Assembly: GCA_903928075.1 (NCBI GenBank)
Contig: CAIYPD010000096.1
Span: 71,609-135,608, forward strand
Direction: 5' to 3'
DNA length: 64,000 nt
Source of the DNA: Candidatus Firestoneibacteriota bacterium
Lineage (GTDB): Bacteria; Oederibacteriota; D2-FULL-39-29
Shown in pieces: positions 1 to 7,589 of the stretch. The translations under genes were made by a program, and so were the position numbers. Every line of letters begins with the position of its first letter. The stretch's first letter is position 1. The notes under the pieces are model-generated. The model saw only the letters and a list, made by a program, of their open reading frames with translations, was not told the DNA's origin and made no database searches.

Positions 1-240
1 TATCTCCGCCCGGGACATAAACAAACGGGGATGCCCCTCCAGCCCTATTTTTGCCGGCATCGTCACCTTCACTCCGGAGTAGTCGCTCCGGGATATATTC
101 CCCTTGATATAGACCGGTATCTGCGTATTTAATTCCACTATTTCCATATTGGCCCGCAAAGTTCCCGCCGGCAAGCCGTCAGAAAAAGCTGCGCTCAAAA
201 ACAAAATAAATAGTACCGCCTCAGCTGCTGCTTTTCTCAT
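1..240 (-). CDS. Heparinase II/III-like secreted protein, N-terminal fragment. The gene starts at 240 and runs off the window start. It is a paralog of 7590..10001.
   Basis: Reverse translation from the ATG at 240 gives MRKAAAEAVLFILFLSAAFS...IPVYIKGNISRSDYSGVKVTMPAKIGLEGHPRLFMSRAEI. This closely matches the N-terminus of the 803-aa ORF at 7590..10001 (APVYLKGGTSRNDYSSVKVTMPVKIGLQGHPRIYMSRAEI). DNA-level similarity of 1-60 to 9700-9760 is visible. Confidence 0.55.
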   Translation of the reverse strand, partial: MRKAAAEAVLFILFLSAAFSDGLPAGTLRANMEIVELNTQIPVYIKGNISRSDYSGVKVTMPAKIGLEGHPRLFMSRAEI

Positions 241-335
241 TAAAATCCTCCGGAGACCGTCTTTATAATTTCATCAATATTTTCTTTTAACACTCTGCAA
301 GTATATCAAAACCGCGCGCTATTATAGACCATTTT

Positions 336-3300
336 TTATCTTCCGAGAGCGCCGGCGTCGCGTTTGCCTGTGGGTGTTTTACCCGCAAAATCCCGCAGGA
401 ACGGACCGTTAAATTCCCAGGCGTAGAGTTCTTCGATACTTGTTTTTGATTCGGCAAGAGTGCTTCTGCAGATACGCAGAAAATCTATAGAACCGGAAAA
501 TCCTTTGCCCACGATAAGATCCGCGGTGTTCGCTAAAGGCTCCACTTTAAGAGCGTCAAGTTTGCCTTCCCCGGCCGCCTTGCCATCAATGTAGATAACT
601 GCCTTTTGTGCTGTCCGGTCTACTTCGGCGATAAGATGATGCCAATTACCGTCGTTTACTTTTCCCGCCGCTGTGACTGAGGCAAGAGCACCCGCAGCCC
701 GCAGAGTCAGACAGGGGCTACCGTCAGGCCCGACCGCAAGTTCGTACCCGGCCTTATCTGCTTTAGAAACCAGTACGCCGTCTGTATACCCGGCTTTGGT
801 TTTAAAAACAATTTCAATAAGGAAGTTATTCCCGCCCATATCCGGAGTCTCCCGTTTTTTCCCGTCATAACTGCTCTTTGAGCTCTGTTTGCCTGTCTCC
901 GGATAATCCATACTCTTCGTCATTTCGGAATGAGAGAGCGAGGCGGTCCGCTTGCCATCGAAGGAAAGAGCACCCTCTATCCAGTCCTCAAGCGGCCCGG
1001 CCGTGTAATCCTTCGCGGTACAATTTGAAACCGTCAGGTCGTTGCGCGGGATAAAATAATACATACCCCGGTCCACATATTCGTCGGTCATATAGAAGCC
1101 TTCCCCGAGGACTGTCTTCGGCTCTGTGATACTTTTATAAAAATTCCACTCTCCCACGGTGCGCCCCAGCGCCCAAGGTACAAAATATTTCACGCCGCGT
1201 TCTTTAACTCCGGAATCTGGCGCGGGCCGGTAATCCTTCTTTGCCGGATCTTTAAGGGGCGGCGCGGTCACCTGCCAGCCGACGCTATAAAGGCGGGATT
1301 TTTCGGCCTCAAGTTTACTGCGAAGTTCTTCCAGTGTATTTCCTGTTACCACCGGCGCGGTGCCCTGGCGGGTGCCTTCACTGCTGGTGCCTGCGACGAC
1401 GCCGAAGACCTTCGGATTACCGAAGAAAACATTATTTGCGTATGCCATCGTAGGAATGCCGGTACGGCCCATAGCGCCCGTATCCCCGCCGCCGAGCATG
1501 GAAACATCACCCGGGCGGTTCTGTCCGATAAAAGAATTTTTGCAGTCGAGCATCAGGTTCCCGAGAACATTGGAACGGTTTCCGGAACTGCCGTCCACGC
1601 CATTGATGAAACGGTAGATAGTATTATTAAAAAATTGGTCCATAAAGCCGAAGACCATAAAATAACCGCAGTTGTTATAGTACTCCGGCTGGTCCGTTTT
1701 TACCTTGCCGGCCATGATATTATTAAAGACATAACATTTAAAACCGCCGTCCAGATAAAGACTGTAGCCGAGTTCCCGCCCCATCGTCCGGTTGCCGACG
1801 CAGTTGCGCGTGATATTATTATAAATGTAGATGGGCCCGCCCTGAAAATGCTCCAGGCCGCCGTAGTCGTTGCACCCGAGCATCGTATTATCTATCTGAT
1901 TATCATGAACCAGCATACGGGTGAGAGGCGCCACATGACCGGCCCCGTTGGTCTTGCCCCCGAGCGTAAATATGCCGTTGCCGAAACTGGTATCCACTAC
2001 ATTACCGGCGATTTCGCAGGTTTCCGGAACCACTACATTGATGGCCGGTATGGAGGACCAGGGAGTATAGCCGTGACGGAAACCGGTATCCACAACCCGG
2101 TTGCGCAGGACTTCAACATGTTTCATTTGCCCGGGAGAATCTCCCTTCGCACCGGTCAAAGAAATTGCCCCGCCCTTCTCGGCATGGAGGATGTCATTGT
2201 CGCTGATGATAATATTATCAAGCGTTTCGTTTTCTTCCCGCCCCGCAGAGGCCGGTTTAAGAAAAGCGCAAACCGCGTTGGCCACAAAGTAGAAATTGCA
2301 ATTTTTTACAGTAATATTTGCGCAGTTACCGGTAATACGGACACAGGGTGCCGGCGTCCCCTGGGACACCGAATAATCAAGCGGCGCTCCGTCATCGGGG
2401 TCGTTGTAACGGAATTCCAGACCGCTTACGGTAATATCATGCCTATCAATAATATTTACGGGAAAACCGAGTTGGGCAGTTTCATAGACCACACTATTGG
2501 GGTCCACACCGCCGGCCGGGTAGAGAAAAAGGCGCGCGTCTTTATTGCTGTAAAAGTACTCGCCGGGAGCGTCAAGAAACTTCGCCACATTTTCTATCAT
2601 AAAGTGGACTTTAGCGCGCGGGACACGGCCAAAGACAGTGGCATGAAAGGTATTGGAGGTAATAGAACCGGCAAGCGGATCATAGAGCCATCTGTCCAAA
2701 AGGAAGGTAGCCGCGCCCATAAGAAAATCGCGCTCCGTCCAGATTACAGCGCCTTCTAATAAGTTTTTATCACCGAGGCCTTTAAGCGCCGGCGAGGTTA
2801 AGGTCCCGCCTTTTTTTTCACCGGCTTTATAGGCCGTCCAGACCGGCCAGTTTTTCACGGGATTGTCGGGGTCAGAAAGGTCGTAGTTAGGTTCGCGGGA
2901 AATATGCAGCCGCTCAACCTTCTCACCGTTTATCTGCCAGAGCGCGGAAAATTTAGCGCGCCCCGGATCGGCATCATAGTCCTTGCCTAAATCCAGGTAC
3001 CAAACCTTCTCCGGCTTTGGCAGGCCCGGCGCTTCTTTGGTATTGGCCCTCTTCCAGCCGCCTTTTAGCTGGGTGGAACCATAAAATATGGCCATACCCT
3101 TACCCCAGTCGGGATCAGAGGTTAAGCGGAGGGGATTCCCGGGTTCGCCTGATTCTGCAGCCGTCAAGGCTCCGCGGTAAATAGCGCCGCCCTTAAAAAT
3201 ATAGGTTTGAATACCTTTGCAGGCCTTGGCCTGTCCCGCTGAATTGATATCCCAGGGATGGTGTTTCCAGGCGGTCTCTTTGGTCCTGCCGTCTTTCAGG

Positions 3301-3539
3301 TCGTCGCCGTCTTTAAAGTCAATATACCTGACTGAAGGGCCTTTTTCAAAAACGAAAGGCCGGGGGGTCCATTCTAAAGCCCCGTTTGGGAGGACTTTTG
3401 CGTGTGTTTCCTGCCACGAAAATGCCGCCGACACCTGAGTTTCTTTCGCCTTCGGACCCGCGTCTATTGCCTGAAAGCCCGCCGGAAAAATCGCCGCCGC
3501 TAGTACTACTGCAACTTTCACCTTCGCCAAGAATGACAT
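336..3539 (-). CDS. Secreted parallel beta-helix (pectin-lyase-fold) protein with a C-terminal LamG/concanavalin-like domain (paralog BH1). The likely ATG start is at 3539; the ORF-track start at 3635 is a TTG.
   Basis: A signal peptide MSFLAKVKVAVVLAAAIFPAG follows the internal Met. Repeated PbH1-type motifs are present (NCNFYFVANAV, ISDNDILHAE, VHDNQIDNTMLGCNDYGG, IYNNITRNCVGN, YVFNNIMAG). The C-terminal segment NDGNWHHLIAEVDRTAQKAVIYIDGKAAGEG is typical of LamG. It is about 70% identical to 16422..19643. An AGGAGA ribosome-binding site precedes the 3539 start. Confidence 0.6.
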   Translation of the reverse strand: MSFLAKVKVAVVLAAAIFPAGFQAIDAGPKAKETQVSAAFSWQETHAKVLPNGALEWTPRPFVFEKGPSVRYIDFKDGDDLKDGRTKETAWKHHPWDINSAGQAKACKGIQTYIFKGGAIYRGALTAAESGEPGNPLRLTSDPDWGKGMAIFYGSTQLKGGWKRANTKEAPGLPKPEKVWYLDLGKDYDADPGRAKFSALWQINGEKVERLHISREPNYDLSDPDNPVKNWPVWTAYKAGEKKGGTLTSPALKGLGDKNLLEGAVIWTERDFLMGAATFLLDRWLYDPLAGSITSNTFHATVFGRVPRAKVHFMIENVAKFLDAPGEYFYSNKDARLFLYPAGGVDPNSVVYETAQLGFPVNIIDRHDITVSGLEFRYNDPDDGAPLDYSVSQGTPAPCVRITGNCANITVKNCNFYFVANAVCAFLKPASAGREENETLDNIIISDNDILHAEKGGAISLTGAKGDSPGQMKHVEVLRNRVVDTGFRHGYTPWSSIPAINVVVPETCEIAGNVVDTSFGNGIFTLGGKTNGAGHVAPLTRMLVHDNQIDNTMLGCNDYGGLEHFQGGPIYIYNNITRNCVGNRTMGRELGYSLYLDGGFKCYVFNNIMAGKVKTDQPEYYNNCGYFMVFGFMDQFFNNTIYRFINGVDGSSGNRSNVLGNLMLDCKNSFIGQNRPGDVSMLGGGDTGAMGRTGIPTMAYANNVFFGNPKVFGVVAGTSSEGTRQGTAPVVTGNTLEELRSKLEAEKSRLYSVGWQVTAPPLKDPAKKDYRPAPDSGVKERGVKYFVPWALGRTVGEWNFYKSITEPKTVLGEGFYMTDEYVDRGMYYFIPRNDLTVSNCTAKDYTAGPLEDWIEGALSFDGKRTASLSHSEMTKSMDYPETGKQSSKSSYDGKKRETPDMGGNNFLIEIVFKTKAGYTDGVLVSKADKAGYELAVGPDGSPCLTLRAAGALASVTAAGKVNDGNWHHLIAEVDRTAQKAVIYIDGKAAGEGKLDALKVEPLANTADLIVGKGFSGSIDFLRICRSTLAESKTSIEELYAWEFNGPFLRDFAGKTPTGKRDAGALGR

Positions 3540-3633
3540 ATTCGCGTCTCCTTTATGCACCTTCGGTGACTTGCTAAAAGATATCGTACCATTTTTGAGC
3601 TTAAACTTATACACCCTTTCCCGGAAAGAAGAC

Positions 3634-3672
3634 AAAAAAAAGGGGACCCAAATTAACAGGTCCCCTTTTTGC
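3634..3672. terminator. Bidirectional rho-independent terminator (A-run, GGGGACC...GGTCCCC hairpin, T-run).
   Basis: aaaaaaaaGGGGACCcaaattaacaGGTCCCCttttt lies directly downstream of the stop of the 3682..4374 gene. Confidence 0.6.
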
Positions 3673-3681
3673 TTTTAAACT

Positions 3682-4374
3682 TTACTTCTTAGGCTCTTCC
3701 TTCGGTGCTTCCTTAACAGCTTCTTTCAGATCAATTTCTACATCATCATAGAAGAAGGTCTCGTTCTCAGCTTTCAAATTGTCCCCGCCGCCAAACACAA
3801 TACCGTTGGCGCCTTTGTTGAAAAATTCCTTCTTTGTGGGGAATGTAGTATCTTCACTTGCGTCATTAAAGTTGACCCCTAATGTTTTTTCATCCGGGAA
3901 ATTAAAAGTAAATTTATTCCAGCCTGCTTTTCTGGCGATACCGGAACTCCAGACATTGTACCATTGGTTTTCGCCGGTAAAGACGCATCTATAGTTCAAA
4001 GAGCCGGATTTTGATTTTTCTCTCCAGGCCACTAATTCTACGGCTTTGTCATCATCACTGTTTATCAGGCCAAAGTACGGGCCGGCCCAGTTTTTCCCGG
4101 GTTTTTTCCCTTTATTGACCAGAGATTCGTAGACCCAGATGGTCACGGTTCCGAATTTATTTTCTTTGCTGAACCTGAAAGCCGCGGTCGAGCCGGCCGG
4201 CACGGACAAAGAGGATTTTCCGCCGTGGAACTGTGTCTCAGCAATAGTGACATCGCCCTCTATTTCCCACTTTTTTAAAACCGCCTTATCCTCAAAACCT
4301 TCGGTTAGCTTTTCTGCGTAGAGAACCGAAGCAAAACTTACAGCCATTACCGCAAGAACCATTCTTTTAAACAT
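3682..4374 (-). CDS. Small secreted protein of unknown function (family S; paralog of 62145..62810).
   Basis: Signal peptide MFKRMVLAVMAVSFASVLYA. A GGGAGG ribosome-binding site sits 6 nt upstream of the ATG at 4374. It is about 60% identical to the ORF at 62145..62852 (KKWEIEGDV...GPYFGL(I/V)NSDDDKAVEL...FFNKGANGIVF). Confidence 0.55.
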   Translation of the reverse strand: MFKRMVLAVMAVSFASVLYAEKLTEGFEDKAVLKKWEIEGDVTIAETQFHGGKSSLSVPAGSTAAFRFSKENKFGTVTIWVYESLVNKGKKPGKNWAGPYFGLINSDDDKAVELVAWREKSKSGSLNYRCVFTGENQWYNVWSSGIARKAGWNKFTFNFPDEKTLGVNFNDASEDTTFPTKKEFFNKGANGIVFGGGDNLKAENETFFYDDVEIDLKEAVKEAPKEEPKK

Positions 4375-4513
4375 TGTCACCCTCCCGTATTATTTTACCC
4401 GCCCGTATTCCGGCAGGGCCCAGTTAAAACTTTAAATAATTATAGCATTACTTATGATTATAGAACAAGGAATAAATGAGTTTTCCGGAGACAAGTCCGG
4501 CAGATTGCTTTTC

Positions 4514-4756
4514 TTACTTTTTTTCCTGAGCCGGCATACCTACACCCGGATTAATAACGCCGCTTAAGGGATTTTGCGTCACGGCCTCCCAGGCTGTTTC
4601 CTGGAGTACTCTTACCGTTTCCTCACTCCATCTGGTTTTTTTATCCTTCGCTAAAATCTCCGGTACCGGCAGTCCCACGGGGCTGCGGCGTATACCTGCG
4701 GGATAAAAAACTGAAAGAACAAAAACAAACAGCAAATAAATTTTTACTTTTATCAT
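4514..4756 (-). CDS. Hypothetical small secreted/membrane protein.
   Basis: An ORF with a hydrophobic N-terminus (MIKVKIYLLFVFVLSVFYPAG). An AGGAGA lies upstream. No recognisable domain. Confidence 0.25.
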   Translation of the reverse strand: MIKVKIYLLFVFVLSVFYPAGIRRSPVGLPVPEILAKDKKTRWSEETVRVLQETAWEAVTQNPLSGVINPGVGMPAQEKK

Positions 4757-4824
4757 TAGTCCAATCTCCTTTTCCATTTTTTATCTTTTATCATCTATCA
4801 TCTATTATCAATTGTTTTATTATT

Positions 4825-6084
4825 CTATTTTTCCAATACTGCCTCGCCGCGATCCGGCACGGCCTGGACCAGGGCATAGACAGAACCCTCGTGCTCGACA
4901 AGTTTTACCGGAATAGCTTTCGCATCTTGCGCTGCTTTTGCCGTTTTCCAGGAAGCATTCAACCGGACCTTAACGGTCAGAGGAAAGTCAAAAAGCGCAT
5001 CCTCCATTCTATCGGTCAGTTTGAAAACAATTTTTGCGGGAGTTTTTTCGAGAACCTTAAGGCCGGCCGTGTCGCGTTCCCGGGCATACAAACAGATTTC
5101 TCTGACCAGTCCCGCCCAGAGTTTACCTTCCTGCACGAGGTCCCTAACCACCGCAAACCTTTTTTCTATCGCCCCGCTCGTTTCCGTGAAAGTTTTTTTA
5201 AAGGCTTCACGCTTTTTCTCATCCGGGATAGAGTTATAGCTCGCGCAGACAAAATGGGAATTAACGCTCAGCCAGCCCCGGTAAAAATCCGCCGACGCCT
5301 TGCTTTTTTCAAATAAACTTCTCATATCCCCGCTTGCGCGAATATCCGCACCGGCTGTTTTTCCTTCCTCGCCCGCAAGACGGCCGCTTATCGGGAAGTT
5401 ATTTACCCCGCCGGTGCTATGGATTTGCATATAATCTATCTGATTGACCTTATTTATAGGCCCCGATCCCCGGGCCCCGATATAATACTTCGCAGCAATT
5501 ACAGGATCATTTAGATTGCTGTTTTTTCCGCCGTAATACCCCAGCACCAGGCATTTATTTCCCGGCATGTTTTCTTCAATATCTTTCTTTGAACCCGCGT
5601 ATTCAGGCTCTATCCCTTTCCACTCCGGGTCTTCGATATGGCCGTGAAGTGCCGTATGGGATTGGACATCGTGCCCGGCAGCATAGATTTTCCGCCAACC
5701 CTCCCAGGTTCCGTTAAAAGACGGATTTTCCCCTTTGGCAATTCTTCTGGTAATAACAAACCAGGTAAACCTGAGGCCGTATTTTTCCCCCATAGCGAGC
5801 CACCACGGCGTATCGCCGAAACAATTATCATCTATGGTCGCCGAAAAAGCAGCCAGGGCATCGTCCTTCCATAAGCAGACACTCGCTTCACCGTAGACCG
5901 CAGGCCAATCCTTCTCTTTTATTTCAAAACGCGGTTTAACCGGTGTCTCGCGCCCCTTGATTTTTACTGACTCCGTCTTGCTCTCCTCTTCTTCCGCCCC
6001 GAAAAAAGGCGTTACGGAAAGAAGTACGCCGCTCAGCGCCAAAATAAAAATCGAAATCAGCCCGGGCTTAAATACTTTCACCAT
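4825..6084 (-). CDS. Polysaccharide deacetylase (CE4 / NodB-homology) family protein, secreted.
   Basis: Signal peptide; NodB-like motifs TIDDNCFGD and HDVQSHTALHGH; an AGGAG ribosome-binding site. Confidence 0.45.
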   Translation of the reverse strand: MVKVFKPGLISIFILALSGVLLSVTPFFGAEEEESKTESVKIKGRETPVKPRFEIKEKDWPAVYGEASVCLWKDDALAAFSATIDDNCFGDTPWWLAMGEKYGLRFTWFVITRRIAKGENPSFNGTWEGWRKIYAAGHDVQSHTALHGHIEDPEWKGIEPEYAGSKKDIEENMPGNKCLVLGYYGGKNSNLNDPVIAAKYYIGARGSGPINKVNQIDYMQIHSTGGVNNFPISGRLAGEEGKTAGADIRASGDMRSLFEKSKASADFYRGWLSVNSHFVCASYNSIPDEKKREAFKKTFTETSGAIEKRFAVVRDLVQEGKLWAGLVREICLYARERDTAGLKVLEKTPAKIVFKLTDRMEDALFDFPLTVKVRLNASWKTAKAAQDAKAIPVKLVEHEGSVYALVQAVPDRGEAVLEK

Positions 6085-6267
6085 AAGAACTCCTTTTTTT
6101 ACTTGCAGGTCAGACCATTCCTGTCTGACGCGACAGGCAAGACTGCCTGTCCTACATTTCTTTTTACTTCACTTCTTATTGGACATCTTGTATAGGGATT
6201 CTAAAGCCAAAGTTTTTTTTAAAATAGTAATACTCTTATCGCAGTTTAGGAATTATTGTCTCCCGGT

Positions 6268-7563
6268 TTACTTTTTTCCTATGCAATAGAGGTTGGATTT
6301 ACCGCGGATATAGAGGCAGCCGCCTGCCGGCGCGGGACTGGCCACGCACTCGTCGTCGATTTCTCCCCGGCCGAGTTCTTTATACTCAGCACCAGTCGAG
6401 GCAAGGTAAGCCACGCCTTTTTCGCTCATAAGCAGAAGTGTTTTTCCGACGATAACCGGGGAAGAGTTAAAAACCCCCTCCAGTTCCTGCATCCAGATTT
6501 TCTTTCCTGTTTTGGCTTCGACGCAGTTAAGTTCGCCGCCGGTCCCCAGAATATAAATATATTCTCCGTCACTCACCGGACTCGTAACATCCGGGACCCC
6601 GTCCTCAAATTGCCAGGCGGGTTCTTTTGCGGCCGGGTCAAGAGCGACGATGGATGTGGCGATAGCAATTATTTTATTATCTGCAACTATCGGGGACGAA
6701 GCAATATTCCCTTCCAGGGCTTTTATACGCCAGAGTTCCCGGCCGTCTTCGGGGTTGTACCCGAGGACAAACGGGTTGCCGCAGGTAATGATCTGGAGTT
6801 GTTTGTTGTAGACGGTAATAACCGGAGAAGCCCAGCCGTCGCCGTTGGGCCGGGGGGTTTTCCAGATTTCCTTTCCGGTAAGTTTATCAAGCGCCAGCAT
6901 CTTGGATTTCTCTTCCTCAGGACTGCCCAGGTCAAGCTGGAGGATAAGACTGTTTTTATAAAGTGTAAGAGAGGCGGCAAAGCCGAAGGAGTTTTTTAAA
7001 GACCCGATATTTTTCGCCCAGATTTGTTTTCCTGAAAAATCAAACGCAGCTACTTCCCCCGTAGGAAAAACGGCAAAAACAAAACGCCCGTCGGTGGCCG
7101 GCGTCGGCGCAGCCAGAGTAGTGTCACCGTCAATATTAGCCGAGAGCGGACGGGTTCCGGGAAGAGAAACAACGGCGGACCAGCGCAAAGCCCCGGTTTT
7201 TGCGTCATAACAAAAAACCCGGCTCTCCTCGGGATTTGCGCCCGTAATAAAAACATTATTTCCCCAGACCACAGGAGAACTCGCGCCCTCTAAGGGGATA
7301 ATGGTTTTCCAGAGGATACCGGTGCCGGTTTTATAATCCCAGGGAGCAGGCATAACAGCGGCCGGGGCAAAGCCCGAACCGTCCTCGCCCCGGAAGGCAG
7401 GCCAGTTATTTTTGAGTTCTGTCTGTACCGGAAGATATTTACTCTCTTTATCCAGGGCATAAACCGCGCCGCCGAAAAACAAAAATATTGAAATCAACCC
7501 CGGCACCGCAAAAAACAATAACACTTTCTTCACAGCCCATCGGCAATTTGAAGATACTTTCAT
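6268..7563 (-). CDS. PQQ-like beta-propeller repeat protein (BamB-like), secreted.
   Basis: Repeated A-x-D-x-x-TG-x-x-x-W motifs (CYDAKTGALRW, ALDKLTGKEIW, YNPEDGRELW, VEAKTGKKIW). Signal peptide after MKVSS. A GGAGAA ribosome-binding site precedes the ATG at 7563. Confidence 0.6.
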   Translation of the reverse strand: MKVSSNCRWAVKKVLLFFAVPGLISIFLFFGGAVYALDKESKYLPVQTELKNNWPAFRGEDGSGFAPAAVMPAPWDYKTGTGILWKTIIPLEGASSPVVWGNNVFITGANPEESRVFCYDAKTGALRWSAVVSLPGTRPLSANIDGDTTLAAPTPATDGRFVFAVFPTGEVAAFDFSGKQIWAKNIGSLKNSFGFAASLTLYKNSLILQLDLGSPEEEKSKMLALDKLTGKEIWKTPRPNGDGWASPVITVYNKQLQIITCGNPFVLGYNPEDGRELWRIKALEGNIASSPIVADNKIIAIATSIVALDPAAKEPAWQFEDGVPDVTSPVSDGEYIYILGTGGELNCVEAKTGKKIWMQELEGVFNSSPVIVGKTLLLMSEKGVAYLASTGAEYKELGRGEIDDECVASPAPAGGCLYIRGKSNLYCIGKK

Positions 7564-7589
7564 GAGTTCTCCATTTATTAAGTTGCTTA

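Noticed and set aside
1635-2759. 374-aa plus-strand ORF, and the related 17691..18110 ORF, lying inside the beta-helix genes on the opposite strand.
   Set aside because: They are entirely antisense to strongly supported genes carrying signal peptides and conserved motifs. They occur at equivalent positions in both paralogs, have no ribosome-binding site and show no recognisable protein features. They are shadow ORFs of repetitive coding sequence.
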